From: an uncultured Chloroflexia bacterium
GTDB taxonomy: Bacteria; Chloroflexota; Limnocylindria; Limnocylindrales; CSP1-4
Direction of reading: 5' to 3'
Assembly: GCA_963768655.1 (NCBI GenBank)
Contig: CAVYIM010000004.1
Location: 608,001-672,000, forward strand
DNA: 64,000 nt
Shown here: positions 55,803-64,000 of the stretch, piece by piece
How the letters are laid out: every line of letters begins with the position of its first letter
How positions within the stretch are numbered: position 1 is the stretch's first letter
The notes under the pieces: generated by a model
What the model was told of the DNA's origin: nothing
Databases searched by the model: none
The model's input: only the letters and a program-made list of their open reading frames with translations
Translations under genes and position numbers: made by a program

Positions 55803-55842
55803 AAAAAAGGACGAACGCCGGGCGTCCCCTCCGGCGTTCGTC
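55803..55842 (-). terminator. Orphan intrinsic terminator
   Basis: 12-bp perfect stem GACGAACGCCGG/CCGGCGTTCGTC followed by CTTTTTT on the minus strand. Confidence 0.75.
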
Positions 55843-56080
55843 ACGCGAGCAAGTCTGGGATCGGCGCCGATCCGTGCGCAGTGCCGAACGGCCCCCCGCG
55901 GCGGGCAACAGGACCCCCTCGCCGAGCTTACCCGGGTAGGGAAGGGCCGGCCCGGCCCGTGTCGGGCCATCCCCGAGGCTGGCGCCCGGGCCGCCGCCCG
56001 GACCAACGACTGCCACCGCACACCGCCGCGCCGGCCCCCTCCTTCGGGCAGGCCTCTCCCATCCCGGCCTGTCGCCCTGC

Positions 56081-56120
56081 GGGCCATATGGCCCCCGGCA
56101 TTAGGGAGCCCTGTCGCTAC
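56081..56120. promoter_or_regulatory. Tandem DevR/DosR-like boxes upstream of the PFOR operon
   Basis: Perfect palindrome GGGCCATATGGCCC (56081-56094) and TTAGGGAGCCCTGTCGCTAC (56101-56120), centres 23 bp apart. Confidence 0.6.
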
Positions 56121-56154
56121 GGGTGGAGAGGCTCCAGCGCGCACGCTATGCGCC

Positions 56155-58497
56155 ATGCTCGCCGATTCCAATCTGCCTTTGCGTCGACTGCTCATCGTCA
56201 GTCAACACCGCGCGGCAACCGAGGCGCTCTGCGATCACCTCTCGCGTCACGGCTTCGCGATCGTCGCTCAGGCGACCTCCGCTGAATCCGCGGCGCGCGA
56301 TTGCGCTGCCTCGAACCCGGACGTGGTGCTGCTCGATGCGGACGTTCCAGGCGGATGGCGGCCGGTAGTGGCAGCACTGCGCGACTGCATCCCCGCGGAG
56401 CGGATCGCCGTGCTCGCCTCCTACTGGCATGCGGACGAGCAGCGCGAGGCGGTCGCCAGCGGGATTGGCGGCACCCTGCTCAAGCACTTGGACGGAAGCG
56501 CACTGGCCCGCCAGTTGCGCGCATTGGGTGAACCGACCATCGTGACGAATTCGCCGACACCGGAGTATCCAGGCATCCCGGCCATCATCGACGGCTCGGA
56601 GGCCATCGCCCATGTCGAGTCGCGGATCAGCGACGGCGCATGCGCCTACCCGATCACGCCATCGACAACCATGGCCGCGGTCTACCAGGTCGCCGTGGCC
56701 AACGGCACCCCGAACATCTGGGGCACAACGCTCAAGTTCATCGAACCCGAGTCGGAGCACTCCTCCGCCTCCGCCGCCGAGGGCTTCGCTCTCGCCGGTG
56801 GCCGGGTCACGAACTTCACGGCCGGGCAGGGACTCATCCTGATGAAGGAAGTCCTGTACGTCATCGCCGGCAAGCGCCTGCCCGTGGTCTTCCACGTGGG
56901 TGCGCGCGCGCTGACCAGCCAGAGCCTCAACATCCACGCCGGCCACGACGACTTGATGGGCGTCGCGGACTGCGGCTGGGGCATGTTCTTCTCGCGCAAC
57001 TGCCAGGAGGCGGCCGACCTGACCGCCATCGCCCGACGCGTCGCCGAGGACGGCGAGACGCCGTGGTTCGTGGCCCAGGATGGGTTCCTCACCACGCACA
57101 CGATCGAGAACGTCCAGCTGCCTGAGGACGAGCTCCTGAAGCGCTTCGTGGGCGACCCCCGCGTGACGGTCCGCGATCTGTTCGACACCAAGGACGGTCT
57201 GATGTCCGGCGTCGTCCAGAACCAGGACTCCTACATGAAGGGCCGCATCGCCCAGCGCGCCTGGTACGACAGGCTCATCGAGATCACCGAGCGCGCCATG
57301 GCCGAATGGACGGCCTTCACGGGGCGTCAGTACGGTCTGATCCAGACGTACAAGACCGAAGACGCCGACTACGTCATGGTTTCGATGGGGACCATGGCGG
57401 ACACCGCTCTCGCGGTCGTCGACCATCTCCGCGCCGCCGGCCGCAAGGTCGGTTGCATCACGGTTACGTGCTTCCGCCCGTTCCCGGCGAAGCAGCTTGC
57501 GAAGGCTCTGGCCAACGCCAAAGTGGTGGCCGTCGTCGAGCGCACGGACGAGCCCGCGGCCGCGGACAATCCGCTGACTCGCGAGCTCAAATCGGCCCTC
57601 GCCGATGCGGCGATGGACGGCGCCCGCCTGCCGCGTGTCGTGTCGGCCTCGGCCGGCCTCGGCTCGCGCGACATCCAGCCCGGCGACCTCGCGGCCGTCT
57701 TCGACTGGATCGCCGACGAGAAGGCTGTCAAGGAGCGCAAGCACGCCGTGTTGGGCATCCGCCATCCGCTCGCGCTCAAGAAGAGCGACGTCAACATCCG
57801 CCCCCGCGGCGCCTACAGCCTGCGCGGCCACTCGGTCGGCGGCTTCGGCTCGGTCACCACGAACAAGCTCGTGGCGACGACCGTCGGCGAGCTCTTCAAC
57901 CTCTACGTCCAGGCCTATCCGCGCTACGGCTCGGAGAAGAAGGGCCTGCCTACTACGTATTACCTCACCATCGCCGAGGAGCCGATCCGGCTCCACAACG
58001 AGCTGACCGAAGTCGACTTCGTGCCGCTCTTCGACACCAACTCCTTCAAGCAGGGCGATCCGCTCGCCGGGCTCGTGAACGGCGGCACGGTCTTCGTGCC
58101 GACGCCGCTCACCGACCCGGACGAGATCTGGGCCGCTCTGCCGCCGGCGACCCGGGCCGAGATCCTGGCTCGAAAGATTCGCCTTCTCGCCCTCGACACG
58201 GCGGAACTCGCCACCAAGTACGCGCCGCGACCGGACCTGTTGATCCGGATGCAGGGTGTCGCTCTGGTTGGCGTCTTCCTCAAGGTCTCGCCGTTCGCCG
58301 AGCGGGCCGGCCTCGACCGACCCGCTCTGATGGAGGCCGTGCGGGCCAATCTGACTCGCTTCTTCGGGAAGCGCGGCACATCGGTCGTCGACGCCAACCT
58401 GGCCGTGATCCAGGGCGCCTACGACGGCGTGATCGACGTCACCGCGGCGATAACCGCCGGGAGCACCGTTTCGGCGGCCGCCCGGGCGACGCGATGA
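56155..58497 (+). CDS. Pyruvate:ferredoxin oxidoreductase alpha+gamma domains, in frame with an N-terminal atypical receiver domain
   Basis: AYPITPS, ESEHS, FTAGQGL, HSVGGFGSVTTNK and YGSEKKG motifs, preceded without a stop by about 125 aa of receiver-like sequence (PDVVLLD, LLKH). Confidence 0.88.
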   Translation: MLADSNLPLRRLLIVSQHRAATEALCDHLSRHGFAIVAQATSAESAARDCAASNPDVVLLDADVPGGWRPVVAALRDCIPAERIAVLASYWHADEQREAVASGIGGTLLKHLDGSALARQLRALGEPTIVTNSPTPEYPGIPAIIDGSEAIAHVESRISDGACAYPITPSTTMAAVYQVAVANGTPNIWGTTLKFIEPESEHSSASAAEGFALAGGRVTNFTAGQGLILMKEVLYVIAGKRLPVVFHVGARALTSQSLNIHAGHDDLMGVADCGWGMFFSRNCQEAADLTAIARRVAEDGETPWFVAQDGFLTTHTIENVQLPEDELLKRFVGDPRVTVRDLFDTKDGLMSGVVQNQDSYMKGRIAQRAWYDRLIEITERAMAEWTAFTGRQYGLIQTYKTEDADYVMVSMGTMADTALAVVDHLRAAGRKVGCITVTCFRPFPAKQLAKALANAKVVAVVERTDEPAAADNPLTRELKSALADAAMDGARLPRVVSASAGLGSRDIQPGDLAAVFDWIADEKAVKERKHAVLGIRHPLALKKSDVNIRPRGAYSLRGHSVGGFGSVTTNKLVATTVGELFNLYVQAYPRYGSEKKGLPTTYYLTIAEEPIRLHNELTEVDFVPLFDTNSFKQGDPLAGLVNGGTVFVPTPLTDPDEIWAALPPATRAEILARKIRLLALDTAELATKYAPRPDLLIRMQGVALVGVFLKVSPFAERAGLDRPALMEAVRANLTRFFGKRGTSVVDANLAVIQGAYDGVIDVTAAITAGSTVSAAARATR

Positions 58498-58889
58498 CCG
58501 AAACTCGCAAGGTTGGGGACGTCATGACCCCCAACCCGGTCTCGATCTCGGAGACGGCCTCCCTCGCGGAAGCCGCCGCCCTGCTCGGCAGCAGGGAGAT
58601 CTCCGGCCTGCCCGTCATCGACGCGAGCGGATGTCTGGTCGGAGTCCTGAGTCAGACCGATCTCATCAAGACGCAGGCAAACCCGGGGCTCTCTGCCAGC
58701 TGGCGGGGCCTGCCCGTTGGAGAAATCATGACGAAACCGGCGCTCACAATCCCCTCGACCGCAGGCCTCGACGAGGCCGCGCGGCTGATGGGCGAGCGCC
58801 GAGTCCACCGCCTCGTCGTCACGGACGCGGCGGCCACCCCGATCGGAATCATCTCGGCCAGCGACCTCGTTCGGTCGTGGCTGCGATAG
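58494..58889 (+). CDS. CBS-domain protein
   Basis: Two CBS repeats: VMTPNP...ISGLPVID...GVLSQTDL and IMTKP...VHRLVV...GIISASDL. Confidence 0.92.
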   Translation: MTETRKVGDVMTPNPVSISETASLAEAAALLGSREISGLPVIDASGCLVGVLSQTDLIKTQANPGLSASWRGLPVGEIMTKPALTIPSTAGLDEAARLMGERRVHRLVVTDAAATPIGIISASDLVRSWLR

Positions 58890-58910
58890 GACCCGAAGAC
58901 TGAGCGAGCG

Positions 58911-60608
58911 ATGACAGAGACGATTGCCACCGAGAAGAACGGAAAGGGCCAGTTCGTAGGCACGCTGGCCAACCTTCCCGCGGGTCCCGGGCGAATTGCG
59001 CCGCAGACCCTCGATATCGCCGCCTACATCAAAGACTTCAACACCACGGTCATAGACGCGTATCGCAGCGGCGTTGCCGACGTTGAGCTGCCCGCCGACA
59101 TGGGTGTCGGCCGCAGCCTGATCGCCCCTGGCACCGCCGGCACCCGCGACTTCAGCAGCCTCTCGCCGCTGATCCCGCAATTCGCGGCGGAGCAGTGCGT
59201 GGGCTGCATGGCCTGCGTCAGCGCCTGCCCCGACAGCGCCATCTACGCGACGGCGCAGCCGAAGGCCGCACTGGCTGCCGCGATCGACCAGTTCGCCGCC
59301 GCCCAGCCGAGCCCGACGCTGGCCGCGGAGACGGCGAAGCAGCACTTCGTCCACACTACCAAGTACGCCGACGTGCCCGCCAAGCGCGGCCTCGAGCCGG
59401 CCGACTTCGGGCTCTTCATCGATCCCCTCCACTGTAAGGGCTGCGCCGAGTGCGTCGACGTCTGCCTGGCCCAGGGTCATACCGCTCTCGTCATGGCCGA
59501 GAAGTGCGATTGCGAGCCGAGCGGCGAGTGCACGCTCGATCGCTACCGCCGCGACATCGGCTTCTACAAGAGCCTGCCGACGACCCCGGTCGCGTACCGC
59601 AACGAGAAGGCCCTGGCCGACATCATGCTCGGCGAGCACGCCTTCGGCTTCGTCGGCGGCGGAGGCTCGTGCTCAGGCTGCGGCGAAGGCACCGTCGTCC
59701 GGATGGTGATGGCCGCCACGCTGCAGGTCTACGGCCCGCAGAGCATGGGCATCGTCGCCGAGACGGGCTGCAACACCGTCTTCGCCAGCACCTACCCGTA
59801 CAACCCGTTCACGGTTCCGTGGACCAACTCCCTCTTCGAGAACGGCCCGGCCGATGCCCTCGGCATCCGGCTGCGCTGGGATCAGGCCGGCCACGCCGAT
59901 CGGCGGCTGTGGGTCTTCGGCGGCGACGGCGCCATGTACGACATCGGCTTCCAGTCGCTGTCGCGCCTGGTTGCCTCGGGCCACGACATCAAGGTCCTGG
60001 TGCTCGACACCGGCGTCTACTCGAATACCGGCGGCCAGACCTCCACGGCTTCCTTCACCGCTCAGGTTTCCAAGCTCTCCGCCTACGGCAAGGCCCAGCA
60101 CGGCAAGCAGGAGAAGCGCAAGGAGCTGGGCCGGATCATGATGGCCCATGGCGACGCCTACGTCGCCCAGGTCGCGGCCTGCAACATCAACCATCTCTAC
60201 AAGGCAGTGATGGAGGCCAACGCCTATCCCGGCCCGGCTGTCATCATCGCCTACACGCCCTGCATGCCGGAGCACGGTATCGCCGACGACGCTGCCAATC
60301 GCCAGGCCAAGCTCGCCGTGGAGTCGCGGGCCTTCCCGCTCTTCACGTACGACCCGCGCCGCGGCGACTCGCTCGCCGAGCGCCTCTCACTCCAGGGCAA
60401 TCCGGCGGTGAAGGAAGACTGGTCGAAGAACCCCGACGGGACCACTTTCGACTTCATCTCCTTCGCCCGAACGGAAGGCCGCTTCAGCCAGCACTTCGAC
60501 AAGGAGGGCAACCCCTCCCACGAGCTGCAGGCCTCCCAGGAGGATCGCCTCCACGACTGGCGCATCCTCCAGGAGATGGCCGGCGTTCTGCGCGCCGCAG
60601 GCCACTAG
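58911..60608 (+). CDS. PFOR ferredoxin + TPP-binding beta domains
   Basis: CVGCMACVSACP, CKGCAECVDVC, SCSGCGE, GGDGAMYDIG and YSNTGGQ motifs. Confidence 0.92.
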   Translation: MTETIATEKNGKGQFVGTLANLPAGPGRIAPQTLDIAAYIKDFNTTVIDAYRSGVADVELPADMGVGRSLIAPGTAGTRDFSSLSPLIPQFAAEQCVGCMACVSACPDSAIYATAQPKAALAAAIDQFAAAQPSPTLAAETAKQHFVHTTKYADVPAKRGLEPADFGLFIDPLHCKGCAECVDVCLAQGHTALVMAEKCDCEPSGECTLDRYRRDIGFYKSLPTTPVAYRNEKALADIMLGEHAFGFVGGGGSCSGCGEGTVVRMVMAATLQVYGPQSMGIVAETGCNTVFASTYPYNPFTVPWTNSLFENGPADALGIRLRWDQAGHADRRLWVFGGDGAMYDIGFQSLSRLVASGHDIKVLVLDTGVYSNTGGQTSTASFTAQVSKLSAYGKAQHGKQEKRKELGRIMMAHGDAYVAQVAACNINHLYKAVMEANAYPGPAVIIAYTPCMPEHGIADDAANRQAKLAVESRAFPLFTYDPRRGDSLAERLSLQGNPAVKEDWSKNPDGTTFDFISFARTEGRFSQHFDKEGNPSHELQASQEDRLHDWRILQEMAGVLRAAGH

Positions 60609-60628
60609 CCGATCCCTCGCCGTCACAG

Positions 60629-60660
60629 AGAACCGGGGCTCCGCAACGGGCCCCGGTTCT
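60629..60660. terminator. Hairpin between convergent oxidoreductase operons
   Basis: AGAACCGGGGC/GCCCCGGTTCT 11-bp stem. Confidence 0.7.
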
Positions 60661-60695
60661 TGATTCTGTGGAGGGCGGCGGCGCGGGGCGCGCTC

Positions 60696-61250
60696 CTACG
60701 CGGCCACCCCGACCCGGCCGGCTTCCAGGCCGGCGGCGAATACGCCCAGGTCCGCCTCGATGATCTCCGGCCGTTTCCGGGCGGAGATCTCGCGCAGCGC
60801 GGCCTGGACCGAGGCCGGGGTCACCCAGCCCAGCCGCGCCACGAGGGCGCCCAGGGCCACGATGCTGACGAGCTTGTCGTCGCCGCCTTTGGCCGCAAGG
60901 TCCGTGCAGGGGAGACGCAACTCATCGATGTCGGCCCGGGCGGAGGTCTGCGAGGTGACGAGGGACGTGTTCACGATGAGCAGCCCGCCCGGGGCGACCC
61001 GTGGGCCGTACTTGCGCAGCGACGGCAGGTTCATCGCGATCGCGGCGTCGAACTGATCGACGACCGGGGAGCCGATCGGATGATCCGCCACGATGACCGT
61101 GCACGAGGCCGTGCCGCCCCGCATCTCGGGACCGTATGACGGGATCCAGAAGACCTCCAGGCCATCCTTGATCGCGGCGCGGGCGAGGACCTGGCCGGTG
61201 AACAGCAGGCCCTGGCCGCCGAAGCCGGAGAAGATGACGGAACGCTCCAT
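60696..61250 (-). CDS. 2-oxoacid:ferredoxin oxidoreductase gamma subunit
   Basis: SGFGGQG and PSYGPEMRGGTASC motifs. Confidence 0.93.
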   Translation of the reverse strand: MERSVIFSGFGGQGLLFTGQVLARAAIKDGLEVFWIPSYGPEMRGGTASCTVIVADHPIGSPVVDQFDAAIAMNLPSLRKYGPRVAPGGLLIVNTSLVTSQTSARADIDELRLPCTDLAAKGGDDKLVSIVALGALVARLGWVTPASVQAALREISARKRPEIIEADLGVFAAGLEAGRVGVAA

Positions 61251-61251
61251 C

Positions 61252-62103
61252 TCAGGCCTCCGACTCGGCGGCTGCCGATGCGTGGCTCGGCGCGGTCGTG
61301 GACGTGGCCGCCACGGTAGCGACTCCGCGGTCGATGATGACCCCGAGCGGATACGCCTCGACGACCGGGCCCTTCAGGTGCTCCAGCAATTCCTGAGCGG
61401 TCATGCCCCAGCCGACCGGGCAGTTCGACAGCGCCTCGACCAGGGCAAAGCCGCCGCCCTGCATCTGGACCAGGCAGGCCCGCTTGATCATGGCCTTGAG
61501 CTTGCCGATCAGCGACGCGTCGGCGATGCTGCCGCGGGCCGCGTAGGTGACCCCGGGCAGCTGGGCCAGCATCTCCGTGATCCGGATCGGATAGCCCATC
61601 AGGGCCGCGTCCCGCCCGTTCGGCGAGGAAGTGGTCTTCTGGCCCAGGAGCGTGGTCGGTGCCATCTGGCCGCCGGTCATGCCGTAGATGCCGTTGTTGA
61701 CGAAGATCGCGGTGATGCGCTCGCCGCGCGCCGCGGCATGGACGATCTCCGCCGTGCCGATCGCGGCCAGGTCGCCGTCGCCCTGGTACGTCAGCACGAA
61801 CGCCTCCGGTCGAACCCGGCGGATGCCCGTCGCCACGGCCGGAGCCCGGCCATGGGGGGCCTCCACGAAGTCGACGTTCAGGTAGTCGTAGGCGAAGACG
61901 GCGCAGCCCACCGGGGCCACGGCGATGGTGTGGGCCGGTAGATCCAGCTCGGTCATCACCTCCGCCAGCAGCCGATGGACGATGCCGTGGCCGCAGCCGG
62001 GGCAGTAGTGGGTGGACCGGTCCAGCAGCACGTCCGGCTTGCGGTAGATCAGCCTTGGAGCCCCCGGCCGCGCCGTCAGCTCGGGGTTCGGGTTGAGCGT
62101 CAT
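61252..62103 (-). CDS. 2-oxoacid:ferredoxin oxidoreductase beta (TPP) subunit
   Basis: YCPGCGHG, HGRAPAVATG, QGDGD and YGMTGGQMAPTT motifs. Confidence 0.93.
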   Translation of the reverse strand: MTLNPNPELTARPGAPRLIYRKPDVLLDRSTHYCPGCGHGIVHRLLAEVMTELDLPAHTIAVAPVGCAVFAYDYLNVDFVEAPHGRAPAVATGIRRVRPEAFVLTYQGDGDLAAIGTAEIVHAAARGERITAIFVNNGIYGMTGGQMAPTTLLGQKTTSSPNGRDAALMGYPIRITEMLAQLPGVTYAARGSIADASLIGKLKAMIKRACLVQMQGGGFALVEALSNCPVGWGMTAQELLEHLKGPVVEAYPLGVIIDRGVATVAATSTTAPSHASAAAESEA

Positions 62104-63374
62104 CGCTCGCCTCCGTCGCGTACGCTCGCGGGGATGCCGGCCTCGGCCCGGTTGGTTCGTTCCGGCGGACCGTCGACCGCCGCCCGGTGATGCCCGGGCT
62201 GACCTTCGCCGCGACCGGCGTGCCGCTTCTGCTGCTGCTCGCGCTCGCGCTCGCGTGTGCGCTCGACCTTGCCTGCCAGCGCCTTGAGCGCCCCGACGAC
62301 CTCGTCAGGGGTCGGCACCAGGCCGCCCATTCGACCGTGGAAGCCGACCGGGCAGCGACCTTCGACCGCCAGGCGGACGTCCTCGACCATCTGGCCCGAC
62401 GAGAGCTCGACCGCGAGGATGGCGTGCGCGTGCCGGGCGACTCGGGCCAGCTCACGGCTCGGGAACGGCCACAGCGTGATCGGGCGGAAGAGGCCGGCCT
62501 TGATGCCCCGGGCACGGGCCTTCTCGATGGCGCTCCGCGCCACGCGCGCGGCGGTGCCGTAGGCGACCAGGACGTACTCCGCGTCGTCCATGCGTTCGGT
62601 CGCCCAGCGGGTCTCCTGGCGCGCGATCTCCGCGTACTTGCGCTGGAGGGCGATGTTGCGCTTCTCGAGGACCTCCGGCACGAGGTCGATCGACTTGATG
62701 ATTCGCGCCGGACGCCCGGCGGCCCCTGTCAGGGCCCAGTCGAAGGCGTGTCGTTCCGGGTTGCGGAAGCGCAGCTCCACCGGCTCCATGGCCTGTCCCA
62801 GGATCCCGTCCACGACGACCATGACCGGCGTGCGGTACCGCTCCGCCAGCTCGAAGGCCGTCGCCATCAGCTCCATCGCCTCGCCGATCGAGGCCGGGGC
62901 CAGCACCGGGACGCGGTAGTCGCCGTGGCCGTGGCCCTTGGTGGCCTGGAAGTAATCGCTCTGCGAGGGCCCGATGCCGCCCAAACCCGGCCCGGCGCGC
63001 ATGACGTTGACGAGCACCATCGGCGTACCCGAGCCGGCCATGTAGCTCATCCCCTCGGCCATCAGGCTGATGCCCGGGCTCGAGGAGGAGACCAGGACCC
63101 GCGCGCCCGTGGCGGCAGCGCCCAGGGCCATGTTGATCGCCCCGAGCTCGCTCTCGGCCTGGACGAAGGCGCGCTCCAGCTCCGGCATCCGGCGGGCCAT
63201 CCACTCCAGCAGCTCGGCCTGCGGAGTGATGGGGTAGCCGAAGTACGCGTCGCAGCCAGCCTGGATCGCCGCCTCGGCGATCGCCTCGTTGCCCTTCATC
63301 AGGACCCGAGAGCGGCGACCGGCGTCTGCCTCGGACGAGACCGGAGTGATGTCCATGTCGGGCGGTTCGGTCAT
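62100..63374 (-). CDS. vorB: 2-oxoacid (2-oxoisovalerate-type) ferredoxin oxidoreductase alpha subunit
   Basis: MKGNEAIAEAA, GYPITPQ, QAESE, SSSSPGISL and QSDYFQATKG motifs. Confidence 0.9.
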   Translation of the reverse strand: MTEPPDMDITPVSSEADAGRRSRVLMKGNEAIAEAAIQAGCDAYFGYPITPQAELLEWMARRMPELERAFVQAESELGAINMALGAAATGARVLVSSSSPGISLMAEGMSYMAGSGTPMVLVNVMRAGPGLGGIGPSQSDYFQATKGHGHGDYRVPVLAPASIGEAMELMATAFELAERYRTPVMVVVDGILGQAMEPVELRFRNPERHAFDWALTGAAGRPARIIKSIDLVPEVLEKRNIALQRKYAEIARQETRWATERMDDAEYVLVAYGTAARVARSAIEKARARGIKAGLFRPITLWPFPSRELARVARHAHAILAVELSSGQMVEDVRLAVEGRCPVGFHGRMGGLVPTPDEVVGALKALAGKVERTREREREQQQKRHAGRGEGQPGHHRAAVDGPPERTNRAEAGIPASVRDGGER

Positions 63375-63658
63375 CTGGCACGCTCCTCTCGCGGCGTTCG
63401 CGGCGCGGCCCAGACCGTGAAGACCGAATCCGGGCAGATGCGGGCGCAGAAGGCGCAGCTGGTGCAGGCCGAAGCGTCGGTCAGCGCGATGGGATGGTAG
63501 CCGAGGACATTGACCTTGCCTCGATCCAGGGCGAGGACCGACTTGGGGCACGCGGCCACGCACAGCTCGCAGCCCTTGCAGCGTTCCTCGGCGATGACGA
63601 GGGGCGTCCACGGAACGGGAGGCCGAGGCAACCGAATGGCAACTGGACTGATCGCCAT
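63371..63658 (-). CDS. 2x[4Fe-4S] ferredoxin (delta subunit)
   Basis: CKGCELCVAACP and CTSCAFCARICP motifs. Confidence 0.92.
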   Translation of the reverse strand: MAISPVAIRLPRPPVPWTPLVIAEERCKGCELCVAACPKSVLALDRGKVNVLGYHPIALTDASACTSCAFCARICPDSVFTVWAAPRTPREERAR

Positions 63659-63780
63659 CTGTATTCACTTTCTGTTGCGGAGCCCGAACGCCGAACACGC
63701 CACTGGCCGCCGGGCCCGCGGCGGTCCCGCAAGCGGGACTTGTTGCTCGTAGCCTCCCGCTCGCCATATCGAGAGGCAAG

Positions 63781-63794
63781 GGCCGAAGGACCCA
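63781..63794. promoter_or_regulatory. DevR/DosR-like box upstream of the vor operon
   Basis: GGGCC-GAAG-GACCC matches 8 of 8 positions of GGGNC-N4-GNCCC. Confidence 0.5.
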
Positions 63795-63966
63795 TCGGCC
63801 GGAGCGGGAAGTACGACGTCCCATTACTCGGCCGGGTGGGCGTTTCTCGGCCCGGTGGGCGCCTCAGGGCGCCGGCACCGATGCGATGGCATACTGCCTG
63901 CAGGTTGCGTCGGAAACATCGGGCCCTGTTCATGAGGCCGGGCGGACCGCACCCTGGAGGGCCTTC

Positions 63967-64000
63967 ATGACAGACGACAGTCGCTCACCGAACAGGCACG
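63967..64000 (+). CDS. Start of a gene truncated by the window edge
   Basis: GGAGG RBS at 63956-63960, ATG 63967, frame open to the end of the window. Confidence 0.4.
   Translation, partial: MTDDSRSPNRH

Noticed and set aside
55588-56154. N-terminal 189 aa of the 969-aa PFOR ORF
   Set aside because: Arg/Pro-rich non-protein-like sequence that spans a terminator and operator boxes. The promoter position supports ATG 56155.

Overview
High-GC bacterial chromosome segment. The gene content and style (Firmicutes-type flagellar and chemotaxis genes, a DevS/DevR-like pair, many apparently leaderless genes) suggest a monoderm, possibly Chloroflexota; this is inference. (1) 1-29.7 kb is a motility island. 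It holds ACP plus a PseH-like GNAT, cheR, an HD-GYP protein, the cheC-D-Y-B-W-X-A operon, a flaG-like gene and a PocR-domain kinase/NarL regulator pair. Divergent from that pair is a rearranged operon: flgC-fliEFGHIJ-(M23/SLT hydrolase)-flgB-fliK-flgD-(TIGR02530-like)-flgE. A frameshifted HDOD gene closes the island, and six sigma28-like promoters are readable. (2) 29.8-34.5 kb has an ABC-2 exporter and fabI. (3) 34.6-39.25 kb is an accessory patch (Zn-ribbon/LURP protein, AlkZ-family glycosylase, a membrane protein). It ends in a tRNA-Pro 3' remnant split at the T-loop by a 436-bp single-gene cassette with an 8-bp direct repeat. (4) 39.3-64 kb covers anaerobic and amino-acid catabolism: Etf plus acyl-CoA dehydrogenase, ALDH, a minimal serpin-like gene, an aminotransferase, CoA-transferases, USP, a heme-GAF DevSR-like system with matching operator boxes, a receiver-fused split PFOR and a four-subunit 2-oxoacid:ferredoxin oxidoreductase. 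No rRNA, intact tRNA, CRISPR array or transposase/integrase was seen. All calls come from reading motifs by eye; no database searches were run.
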